Origin: an uncultured Bacteroidota bacterium
GTDB lineage: Bacteria > Bacteroidota > Bacteroidia > Bacteroidales > P3
DNA length: 64,000 bases
NCBI GenBank assembly: GCA_902791695.1
Contig: CADAWR010000014.1
Location: 6,717 to 70,716, forward strand
Reading direction: 5' to 3'
Shown: positions 19,556 through 28,594 of the stretch, in pieces
Numbering within the stretch: the stretch's first letter is position 1
How the letters are laid out: the number at the start of each line of letters is the position of its first letter
Notes under the pieces: model-generated
Database searches by the model: none
Told to the model about the DNA's origin: nothing
Seen by the model: only the letters and a program-made list of their open reading frames with translations
Translations under genes and position numbers: made by a program

Positions 19556-20055
19556 ATGACTCAAAAGGACACGGACCGATTCGACGACTTCGACTCTCTG
19601 GTGGCACGCCACCGGAAGTTGATTCGTGGCCTCTGCTGGTGGAAGGCCGGCGGAAAGGCGTGGCTCATGTCCGAACTGATACAGGAGGTGACGACACAGC
19701 TGTGGCACTACCGCCACAAGCTGCGCCCCGATGCCACCCCCGGCGAGGAGCGCAAGTGGGTGCGGTTCCATTGCCGCAGCGTCTTTGCCCACAGCATACG
19801 CAAAGGGGAGCGTGAGGTAGAGGTGGTGCCACTGGAGGAGGCCGCACATGTAGCTGTCGACGAAGGGCGTCATACCGAGCTTATCGACCGACTGGCCGCC
19901 AACTCACCCATCAGGAACACCGTGTGCTGGAGCTAATTCTCGACGACTATACCGACGGCGAGATAGCCTCCCTGCTGCGCATTGGCGAGAATGAGGCCAA
20001 GCATCTCCATGCCCAAGTGATTGAAAAGATGAAACGTAATGCCAATATAATATGA
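19556..20055 (+). pseudogene. Sigma-70 family RNA polymerase sigma factor, interrupted by a frameshift near 19901-19905
   Basis: A region-2-like part (FDSLVARHRKLIRGLCWW...LIQEVTTQLW...) ends at TAA 19934-19936. The region-4 HTH (LTHQEHRVLELILDDYTDGEIASLLRIGENEAKHLHAQVIEKMKR) continues in another frame to TGA 20053-20055. One extra C after AAC at 19901-19903 would fuse the two parts. Confidence 0.7.
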
Positions 20056-20076
20056 ATATGGACGGATGCTGAGCAT

Positions 20077-20334
20077 GTGCGCAGGTTGTCGCGCGAGGTA
20101 GGTGGCGATGCGGAGGCTTTCTGCGCACATCGTCGCCTGCAGCTGCGCGTGGCCGCCACGGTGCTGATCATCCTGCTGCCGGGTGTCTATGCCATGCTGC
20201 TGCCCCAGCGGGTCGACGACCGGCATGTGCTCTGCAACCAGCGGGGCGAGGAGCAGCTGGTGCTCAACCGCGCCTGCAGCGCCTTGAACACATGCGACGA
20301 CCCGAATGTGGTAAGATTTAAAATGGAAAGGTAA
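20077..20334 (+). CDS. Small single-pass membrane protein (possible anti-sigma partner), GTG start
   Basis: 85 aa with the TM segment VAATVLIILLPGVYAMLL. Position directly after the sigma gene. No homology recognised. Confidence 0.4.
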   Translation: MRRLSREVGGDAEAFCAHRRLQLRVAATVLIILLPGVYAMLLPQRVDDRHVLCNQRGEEQLVLNRACSALNTCDDPNVVRFKMER

Positions 20335-20346
20335 CAAAAACAGACA

Positions 20347-20904
20347 ATGAAGCGCAACGCGATCATATATATAGGTGTCTTGCTACTGCTAATGGCGGCG
20401 GTGACAGCATGGAAGATGCATCCCGAGCCGGTGGAAGGCAGCGAGCTGTACCAGCGGTATAAGGACCTGCCTGGTGTGCGCGTGGGCTTCGTCAAGGACT
20501 TCCCGATTAACGACTCGCTCACCTGCGACGTCACCACCTTCGAGGCCCTGACCGACGAAGGCTGGGAGTGGATGCTGGACAGCTTGGGAGTGAGGAGTAT
20601 GGCTGAGATGTATGCCTTCTTCGACTCCATCTATCTCGCATCGGGAATGTCAGAGGAGGATTACGCTAATACAATCGACTTATGGCAGAGCAAGCGCTTC
20701 CACCCCGAGGTGCAGGGAGACTCGAATATGCTGGGCAACAGCGTGGACTGCAACCTGGCCTCGCCCCACTACCGCTGGTTGGCGGTATACCATGCGACTT
20801 CTAACGAAGAATTGGATGCAGTCATCAACTTCCATATAAAATATCAGATGGAGCATCCGATGTCGATGATGCCGACAAAGGACAAAACAATAAAACCAAT
20901 ATAA
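20347..20904 (+). CDS. N-terminally membrane-anchored hypothetical protein
   Basis: MKRNAIIYIGVLLLLMAAVTAW anchor, normal composition. Sits between the sigma locus and the giant gene. Confidence 0.65.
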   Translation: MKRNAIIYIGVLLLLMAAVTAWKMHPEPVEGSELYQRYKDLPGVRVGFVKDFPINDSLTCDVTTFEALTDEGWEWMLDSLGVRSMAEMYAFFDSIYLASGMSEEDYANTIDLWQSKRFHPEVQGDSNMLGNSVDCNLASPHYRWLAVYHATSNEELDAVINFHIKYQMEHPMSMMPTKDKTIKPI

Positions 20905-20935
20905 ACGCGTTATTATTTTTTATAACTATAAATTG

Positions 20936-23900
20936 ATGAAAAAAGTATTCTTTGCATTAGTGGCCCTGATGGGGCTGATGTGTCATCAGGCACAGGCGCA
21001 GAGCGTCGGTTGCGACGACACAGTGCATTGGGGCACACCCCTCTCGTTCGAAGCCAACAAGTGTTGCTGGACAGTGCTGGAAGGACCTACCGACTGTTTC
21101 TATGCCAGTACCAACCAGATTGACTGCAACTACGACACCCTCGCCGACCATCGTTTCCTGTCGCCGTGGGTAGAGATCCCCTCGTTTGCCGCCACCGACT
21201 CGCTGGTATTGATATATGCCACCCAGGTGAGCTGTACGGCCGACTATAGCGTGGCCATCACCACCGACGGGGTAAACTACGACACCTTGCGCCGGCGGAT
21301 GGTCGACAACTACGAGCACGACACCATACTGCTGGGTGCCTATGCGGGCCAGGTGGTGCGCATAGAGTTCTGCCACTACGGTTTGAACAGCCGCTTCTAC
21401 CCTTACGCTGGCGACTGCTCCTATGCGGCGGACTATCACTGGCAGCTACTGTTCCAGTCTATGCAATGGCGCAGCCTCGTCTACCCGGTGGCGACCTGGT
21501 GGGTGCCCACAAAGGCTTATGTGGGCGAGACCACCTGGCTGCGGGCCTCGCTCACCAACGGCTCACACACGGGGCTGACCTACACATGGCACTCGTCGCT
21601 GACGGGGCAGACCCTGACGGGCGACAGCGTGGGATTGGCCTACACGGCGGCCGGCCTGGACACCCTCACCCTAGTGGTCAGCAACGCCTTTGGCAGCGAC
21701 ACGCTGACGCAGACGGTGACGGTGGTAGATTGCGGCGATGTCATCACCGCCCATCCGTGGAAGGTCGACTTTGTGAATGAATACGACTGTTGGCGCACAG
21801 TAGGCACAGTAGGCTGGAGCTATGCAAGCAGAAACATCTCGGGCAATACCTACTATGGTATTTCAGCATTACACAACAGTGGCGGCGCCAATATCATCTC
21901 TTCGCCGGCGGTAGTGCTGCCTACCGACTCGACAGGGCTGCGCCTATACTGGAAAGACTGCCGACTTGGCAGTGGTACTTCAACATACTATGTGCTGGTT
22001 TCCACCACCAGCCGCTTCGACATCGCGGAATACGACACCATCTTTACCTGCACCTCGCAGACCAGCAACCTGACACAGCGCAGCGTTTCACTGGCCAACT
22101 ATGCCGGCGACACCGTGTATATAGCCTTCTGCAAGATGCTTCAGAACGGCCGTCAAGTCTTCTTCACCGACGTGCAAATGTACAACGCACTGGCACCGAT
22201 AGGTGTAATAGATGCTCCCAACTATGTACTTGTAGGCGAAGCGGCGAACTACACCGTAACCTTGTCGCAGGGCGATACCCTGGGACTTACCGTCACCCTG
22301 CACAGCGCGCTGAAGGATTCGTCGTGGGCGATGAACGCGGATGGTTCGGGCAACGGCTCCTGGGGACTCGACTTGGTATATGACACGCCGGGCGAAGAGA
22401 CTGTGACAGTAACCGCCAGCAACGCCCAAGGCACCCTGATGTTGAATGCGAATCTGGGCGTCTTTGTCTGCAACACTGTCAGCACCTTCCCCTGGGAGGA
22501 GGACTTCAGCAATGCCGCCGGCAGCTACAATGCCTGCTGGACCATCAACGGCTACAGCCACAAGAACAGCAACTACTCCTCCTACGATGAGGAGACCGGC
22601 GAGTACTGGACGTTGACCAACTACATGAGACCTTCCGCCGCCGGCAACTATATGATTACACCGCCGATTGCCATCCCCGCCAATGAGACCAACATGACAT
22701 TCATGGTCGAGTATGTAAGGGGAGCCTTGGACATTCGTGTGTCGCCCACTGCCTCGACCGACACAGCATTGTTCACCGACTTGCTGTTTACCGAACCGAC
22801 AAGCAACTATATCAAACGCCGCTGGATCAATCTGGGCGCATACGCCGGGCAAACCATACGTGTGGCACTTGTCACCACCAATCCAAACAACCAGTGTATA
22901 AACCGCGTATGGGTGGGTGTCGACACCCTGCCCTACATCGGTACCAAGGTCTCGATGCCTGCCAAGATACATTGTGACTCGACGGCCCTCTGCACCGTAG
23001 CCCTGTTCCGCGGCTCCACCGACGGGCTGCACTACAGCTGGACATCGGCCGTGGGTGGCATATTCACCACCAATGCCTTGGGAGACAGCGCCTGGGTGAA
23101 CTACGGCGCTGGCTTCAGCAGCACTGAGGACACTATCACCGTCATTACCACCAACGCCTACGGCGCCGATACGGTGACCAAGCCGCTGCATATCATCGAC
23201 TGCACGCCGGCACTCACATTGCCGTGGAGGGAGACCTTCGACGACGGCTTGGCCTGCTGGTATAAGCCTGAAGGCAGCAACTTCGGATATTGGAATAACA
23301 ACTGTATGCATTCCTACTGTAACAGCGACACTATCGACAGCTGGATTATGTCGAAGGCCGTCGCCATCCCTGCCGACACCAACAAAGAGGTGATATTGGA
23401 ATGGACGGCGGCTTCGAGCGACAACACCTTTGTACATACCTACTATGTGTTGGCCACCACCAGCGCCAACTATACAGACACTGCAAACTACATACCCCTC
23501 TACTACGACAGCTCGGCACATCCCACCTATTCTACTTTCGACAAGCGCAGCGTGAGTCTGCGCCAGTTTGCCGGCCAGACCATCCATGTGGCTTTCCGCA
23601 ACAGGCCGGTGAATGCGACAGGCAGCAATTACCGCCTCATCATTGACGACGTCGCTATTCGCTCGGCACAGTTGCCGGTGGTGAGCCTGTCGGCCCCCAC
23701 CACAGTCAACAGCCACGAGGATGTGACCTACACGGCCACCTACGTCGAGGGCTCGACCAACGGGCTCAGCCTCACGTGGCATAGTGCGCTGCTCGACAGC
23801 ACTTGGACAGGTCTTCTGCCTTCGGCCGCAAACTGGGCGCTTGTCTATCCGGTGGGCGGTTATGACACCATCACTGTTATCGCCACCAACATCTACGGCG

Positions 23901-26900
23901 CCGACTCCACCACGAGAGTAGTCATGGTCAACAGTTGCCTCATCGACAACCTGCCTTATGAAGAGACCTTTATTGGCGTGACCGCCACGACCTACAACCA
24001 CTCGTCGGGTGGCAAAGTACCCAACTGCTGGCATCGCTACTGGGCGGGCAACACCAACTATATGCCGCATGTCATCAACAGTTACCTCAGCTCAACGGCC
24101 ATCAACACCTACGTCCAGTCCAACCCCGCCTTCTTGCTGATGGCAGGTTCCGGTAGCGGCTTTGACAGCGTGGCCACGGTGGAGAGTCCTATTTTCGATG
24201 CTCCGCTGAACGAGCAGTTACTGTCATTCTACTATATGTACGAGGGTGCCAACCATGGCCAGCTGAGCGTGGGCTATATGCAGAACGGTGCTTTTGTGGA
24301 AGTAAAATCCATGGAGCGGCAGGTCACAGGGCGCACCGATACGGTGAGCCTCAGCGCCTTCCCTGCCGACGTGCATCGCTTCGCCCTGCGATGGGTGAGG
24401 AGCGATGTTTGGTATGGTGTTATCGTCGACAACATCCGTGTCTTTGCTCCCGACACCCTGCCTCATGTGCACCTGACCGTCCCAATGTTCATTACCTATG
24501 TGGGCGACACCACCACCTACAACGCCTACCTGACCGACGGCATGGCCGAAGGCTTGACCTACACTTGGCACAGCACACTGCTAGGCACCACTGTGGTGGC
24601 CGGTAGCCAGTGGTCGGTGGTCTATAATACCTCCGGCTATGACACCGTCACTGTCATTGCCACCAACGCCTACGGCAGCGACACAGCCTGGGGAGTACAT
24701 TATGTGGACACTTACCCGCTGCCGCAGGTCACCATCGTCGGTCCCGCCTCGATGACGCTGCAAGGCAGCATCGACAGCCGCACGGCCAACTTTATCCCCA
24801 CCCTCAACAACTGCTCACCCAACGGTCTGACCTACATGTGGCACAGCACACTGTTGAACCAGTGGTCAACAACCAGTGGCCAGTGGTCGGTGGTTTATAA
24901 CACGGGTGGCATCGACACGGTCACCCTCATCGTCAGCAACGTCGATGGTGCCGATACCGCCACTAAGATTGTGAACATCTACGACTGCCGCGGCCTCGCG
25001 GCGCCTTACTTCGAGGACTTCGAGAGCGTGACACCCGAATATTGGAGCAGTGCCTACGGCAACTTGCCTGATTGCTGGGGCAATATTGCTATTGGCGCAT
25101 CACATAGGCCCAAAGTCGTCAGCAGTTATCTGTACATAAGCAACCTGCCCGACCAGGCGTTGCTGATAATGGCTGGCAACGGTTCTGGGTACGCCGATGC
25201 AGCATACGCTCTGTTGCCAATCTTCAGTGACTCGCTACAGCAACTCTCGGTGGCGTTCGACTACCGTTGTGAGTCGGCCAGCTATGGCAACCTCACGGTA
25301 GGCTACTGGAACGACAGCCTGCTGACCTTCCATCCGGTGCAGAACCTCGCGTCTCATACAGGCAACTATCTCCGTGACACCGTCAGCTTTGCCGCCGTCA
25401 CCGCTTCGGACAACCACACGCATATCGCTCTGAAGTGGTATTGCAGTGGTTCGTTCTACGGTGTTGTGATTGACAACATCGAGGTGTTCCGCGACAACGG
25501 CATCTTGGCTCCCGAAATGCTGACGGTGGAGAATGTCACTGCCTATTGTGCCACCCTCCGCTGGTCGGAAGTTGATACCGCCACAGCCTACCGCGTTACC
25601 CTCGGTGGAGCCATGAGTTTGGACACCGTGGTGACAGACACCACCATCACCCTGTGCAACCTAGAGGAGGATGCCGACTATAACGTCATGGTGGTGCCCT
25701 TGGTGGGCAGCGAGACCGGCCGTGCTGCTTCCACCGCTTTCCACACCAGAATGCTCTGCGCTCCACTGGCCAATGTGAGCATAAGCCCCGATGGCATCAT
25801 CAGCTGGCAGTACGACACCATCGGCGAAGAAACACCCACTGGTGTAATAATTGAGATAACCGAGACGGCAAGCGGTGCACCAGTGTCGGTCGACACAGCC
25901 TATACATCGCCCTACTTCCCTGCCTCTACCATGCCCGGACGGACTTACACCTTCGCGATAAGAACTCTTTGCGGCAGCATCACCTCGAACACTGTCATTG
26001 AAACCACAATCACACGTGCAATGCCAGTGCCTAACACCTGCGCCGAGGTTGCAAGCACCACTACTGTCACCAACAACCGCTTCCTTGACAACCTTATCCA
26101 CCGTAAGAACTACAGCCAGATACTGTATCCAGCCGACTTTGCCGCCAGCACCGATACCCTATATGGTATCTCTCTCCGTGTGGCGCAGATCATACAGCAC
26201 TACTCCAATGCAGCCCAATGCTATTACGACATTTACATAGGCCAGACTTTAGCCAGCACCATAAGCGCACCCGTGACGGCCGACAGCCTCACAATGGTGG
26301 CCGAGAACACATACATCTCTATGCCCCAAAACTACACTGGGTGGAAGGATATAGTGTTTGACATTCCCTATGTCATTGATGCTACGCGCAATCTGATAGT
26401 CACCATCGTCGAGCACTCATACCCCAGCTGTATACCCCTCTACGGTGTGCACACCGACAGCAACTGCGTCCATTTCGTGCAGACTGCCGACCACCAATCC
26501 GACTACACCAACCCCTACACCCTTAACTTCAACTGGGAGGTCAACACATACATCCCCGACATCCGCCTGCTGGGCGGCTGCGCATCAAATGTATGCATAG
26601 CACCCGACGTTACGGTTACAGCACAAGATACCCACAACGTGAGCCTCAGTTGGCAACAACTCGGAGCTGAGAGCATGTGGCTGGTGGAGTATCGCACCAT
26701 GACCGACAGCTTATGGACGGCCTTCGGCACCGTATCCACTCCCTCTTGCACCGTTACCGGACTGCATCCATCCACCATATACGAATTGCGCGTGGCATCA
26801 CTCTGTGCCGACACCCTCTACAGCGAGCCGGACACCGTGCTGACCACTTGCGGCTTGCTTGAGCCACCCTATACCATAAACTTCCTCTTCGACGGCGAAG

Positions 26901-28471
26901 TGCCTTGTTGGACGCTTAGCAGCGGTGTATCCCACTACTACTGGCGTGGCCTAGTATTCTATCACTTCGACGACAGGCCTGAGCGTTACATTGTCACCCC
27001 ACAGGTGGCCGTAGACATCAGAAACTTGCGTGCCGTGATTACCGCCAAGAATGGCGGCGTTTCCCACCTGATTGACAGCTATGCAGTGGGAATATGCAAC
27101 AGCAGCGATGGAAACGGTGCGGTGTGGATTGACACCGTTGAGGTGGGAAGCACATCACAACAGAATGAAATCTACTTCAACCTCTACAATCCCCCCGCTG
27201 GAGAGTCCGCAACCGGACGCTATGTAATTCTCCAGTCGGTAGCCGGAGATGTCGCTATCGAAGAGTTCACTCTCGAGGTTTTCACCGACTGTGTGCCAGT
27301 GCGCAGCATAACGGCCAGCCAAATCACCGAGAACACAGCCATGCTGCAATGGGAGGGCAACAATGCCAGCCACTCCTTTGCCGTCTACCTCGACAACTCG
27401 CTCATAGCTACACAGACAAACAACACCATATCACTGACCTCGCTTACGCCTAACACAGAGTACACCGCCGCCGTGCGTAAGATATGCGGAACAGGCGACA
27501 CCGCCGCTGCCGTCACCATCACCTTCCGCACCACATGCACCCACATCGGCCTGCCCTATTTCGACAATTTCGATTATGACACCGTCAACGAGTTGGTATC
27601 TGAATGCTGGACATTCCACCTCTCCACCGACAGAGCACGGATTCAATTAGTCAACGTTGGCAATGTCAAGGCCCTATCGCTGTACGACTACGAAGGCGAC
27701 AGACCTAACTACATCTGTTCGCCGCGTCTGATGGTGGGAACCACGGGCGCCGTGGTGCGGTTCAAGGGGCAGACCACCTTCAACAGTAGCATCGAGGCTG
27801 GTGTGATGATTGACGTCGACGACACATCCACCTTCATTCCCCTGACCACTGTGGCTGTAAACAATGGTGGCATGGCATGGTATGAGTTCTCGACCGACAG
27901 CGTGGCCGCATGTGCCGCTGCCGGCACCTACACCATCGCTTTCCGTTGGGAATACAATGACGAGGCTCTCATTGACTCACTCAGCGTTACTGCGGTGCCA
28001 GTCACTACCCTCACTATCACCCTCGCTGTCAACGATACCACCATGGGCACCGTCAGCGGCGCCGGTACCTACAATGCTGGATCTACGGTCACCATCACCG
28101 CCACACCCAACGAAGGCTACCGCTTCGTCACCTGGAGCGACAGCGTCACCTCGCCGACCCGCGTATTTGTCGTCACCTCCGACCTTTCGCTCACCGCCTA
28201 TTTCGCTCCCTCAGGTGTGGGTATCGACGGCACAGAAGGCTCTGCGCAAAATGTTGCCATCCATCCCAACCCCACCACAGGCGATGCACACATCAGCGTA
28301 AGCATGCCATCGGTTGTCACCGTGACCGACCTGCAGGGCCGCACCGTGATACAGCCGACGCAGGTCGACTCCACGCTCCGCATTGCAGAAGGCACCTTGC
28401 CCAAAGGCATCTACTTCGTCAGTGTGGGCAACAGCGCCGGCACTGTGGTGAAGAAGCTTGTGATACAATAG
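20936..28471 (+). CDS. Giant (2511 aa) modular T9SS-secreted surface protein
   Basis: Signal peptide ...CHQAQAQ. Six reiterated modules, each a PKD-like unit (GLTYTWHS...DT(V/L)T(V/L)(V/I)...N.(F/Y)G(S/A)D(T/S)) paired with an anchor-J/MAM-like unit (PW.E.F...CW). At least three FN3-like units (e.g. VTAYCATLRWSEVDTATAYRV). An InlB-B repeat (GYRFVTWSD). A Por_Secre_tail (...KGIYFVSVGNSAGTVVKKLVIQ). ATG 20936 is preferred over TTG 20933. Confidence 0.9.
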   Translation: MKKVFFALVALMGLMCHQAQAQSVGCDDTVHWGTPLSFEANKCCWTVLEGPTDCFYASTNQIDCNYDTLADHRFLSPWVEIPSFAATDSLVLIYATQVSCTADYSVAITTDGVNYDTLRRRMVDNYEHDTILLGAYAGQVVRIEFCHYGLNSRFYPYAGDCSYAADYHWQLLFQSMQWRSLVYPVATWWVPTKAYVGETTWLRASLTNGSHTGLTYTWHSSLTGQTLTGDSVGLAYTAAGLDTLTLVVSNAFGSDTLTQTVTVVDCGDVITAHPWKVDFVNEYDCWRTVGTVGWSYASRNISGNTYYGISALHNSGGANIISSPAVVLPTDSTGLRLYWKDCRLGSGTSTYYVLVSTTSRFDIAEYDTIFTCTSQTSNLTQRSVSLANYAGDTVYIAFCKMLQNGRQVFFTDVQMYNALAPIGVIDAPNYVLVGEAANYTVTLSQGDTLGLTVTLHSALKDSSWAMNADGSGNGSWGLDLVYDTPGEETVTVTASNAQGTLMLNANLGVFVCNTVSTFPWEEDFSNAAGSYNACWTINGYSHKNSNYSSYDEETGEYWTLTNYMRPSAAGNYMITPPIAIPANETNMTFMVEYVRGALDIRVSPTASTDTALFTDLLFTEPTSNYIKRRWINLGAYAGQTIRVALVTTNPNNQCINRVWVGVDTLPYIGTKVSMPAKIHCDSTALCTVALFRGSTDGLHYSWTSAVGGIFTTNALGDSAWVNYGAGFSSTEDTITVITTNAYGADTVTKPLHIIDCTPALTLPWRETFDDGLACWYKPEGSNFGYWNNNCMHSYCNSDTIDSWIMSKAVAIPADTNKEVILEWTAASSDNTFVHTYYVLATTSANYTDTANYIPLYYDSSAHPTYSTFDKRSVSLRQFAGQTIHVAFRNRPVNATGSNYRLIIDDVAIRSAQLPVVSLSAPTTVNSHEDVTYTATYVEGSTNGLSLTWHSALLDSTWTGLLPSAANWALVYPVGGYDTITVIATNIYGADSTTRVVMVNSCLIDNLPYEETFIGVTATTYNHSSGGKVPNCWHRYWAGNTNYMPHVINSYLSSTAINTYVQSNPAFLLMAGSGSGFDSVATVESPIFDAPLNEQLLSFYYMYEGANHGQLSVGYMQNGAFVEVKSMERQVTGRTDTVSLSAFPADVHRFALRWVRSDVWYGVIVDNIRVFAPDTLPHVHLTVPMFITYVGDTTTYNAYLTDGMAEGLTYTWHSTLLGTTVVAGSQWSVVYNTSGYDTVTVIATNAYGSDTAWGVHYVDTYPLPQVTIVGPASMTLQGSIDSRTANFIPTLNNCSPNGLTYMWHSTLLNQWSTTSGQWSVVYNTGGIDTVTLIVSNVDGADTATKIVNIYDCRGLAAPYFEDFESVTPEYWSSAYGNLPDCWGNIAIGASHRPKVVSSYLYISNLPDQALLIMAGNGSGYADAAYALLPIFSDSLQQLSVAFDYRCESASYGNLTVGYWNDSLLTFHPVQNLASHTGNYLRDTVSFAAVTASDNHTHIALKWYCSGSFYGVVIDNIEVFRDNGILAPEMLTVENVTAYCATLRWSEVDTATAYRVTLGGAMSLDTVVTDTTITLCNLEEDADYNVMVVPLVGSETGRAASTAFHTRMLCAPLANVSISPDGIISWQYDTIGEETPTGVIIEITETASGAPVSVDTAYTSPYFPASTMPGRTYTFAIRTLCGSITSNTVIETTITRAMPVPNTCAEVASTTTVTNNRFLDNLIHRKNYSQILYPADFAASTDTLYGISLRVAQIIQHYSNAAQCYYDIYIGQTLASTISAPVTADSLTMVAENTYISMPQNYTGWKDIVFDIPYVIDATRNLIVTIVEHSYPSCIPLYGVHTDSNCVHFVQTADHQSDYTNPYTLNFNWEVNTYIPDIRLLGGCASNVCIAPDVTVTAQDTHNVSLSWQQLGAESMWLVEYRTMTDSLWTAFGTVSTPSCTVTGLHPSTIYELRVASLCADTLYSEPDTVLTTCGLLEPPYTINFLFDGEVPCWTLSSGVSHYYWRGLVFYHFDDRPERYIVTPQVAVDIRNLRAVITAKNGGVSHLIDSYAVGICNSSDGNGAVWIDTVEVGSTSQQNEIYFNLYNPPAGESATGRYVILQSVAGDVAIEEFTLEVFTDCVPVRSITASQITENTAMLQWEGNNASHSFAVYLDNSLIATQTNNTISLTSLTPNTEYTAAVRKICGTGDTAAAVTITFRTTCTHIGLPYFDNFDYDTVNELVSECWTFHLSTDRARIQLVNVGNVKALSLYDYEGDRPNYICSPRLMVGTTGAVVRFKGQTTFNSSIEAGVMIDVDDTSTFIPLTTVAVNNGGMAWYEFSTDSVAACAAAGTYTIAFRWEYNDEALIDSLSVTAVPVTTLTITLAVNDTTMGTVSGAGTYNAGSTVTITATPNEGYRFVTWSDSVTSPTRVFVVTSDLSLTAYFAPSGVGIDGTEGSAQNVAIHPNPTTGDAHISVSMPSVVTVTDLQGRTVIQPTQVDSTLRIAEGTLPKGIYFVSVGNSAGTVVKKLVIQ

Positions 28472-28496
28472 TTAGCCGACACGCTATCAATGTAAT

Positions 28497-28530
28497 ATGC
28501 GCCACCCCCAACGGTGGCGCATTTCTTTTT
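28497..28530 (+). terminator. Intrinsic terminator after the giant gene
   Basis: atgcgccacc-cccaac-ggtggcgcat followed by ttctttttg. Confidence 0.75.
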
Positions 28531-28553
28531 GCGCGTATATGGAAAAATGTTCG

Positions 28554-28561
28554 TATCTTTG
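28554..28561 (+). promoter_or_regulatory. Candidate -7 box (TATCTTTG) for the dipeptidase gene
   Basis: TAnnTTTG 34 nt upstream of the ATG at 28595. Confidence 0.45.
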
Positions 28562-28594
28562 CACCCAGAAATAATTGATAAAATAACAAACAAT

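Noticed and set aside
22088-24070. 660-aa minus-strand ORF inside the giant surface-protein gene
   Set aside because: It is antisense to a gene with clear domain structure on the plus strand. Its composition is biased towards Gly/Val/Ala/Arg/His, and it has no signal, motif or promoter. This is a GC-driven open frame.
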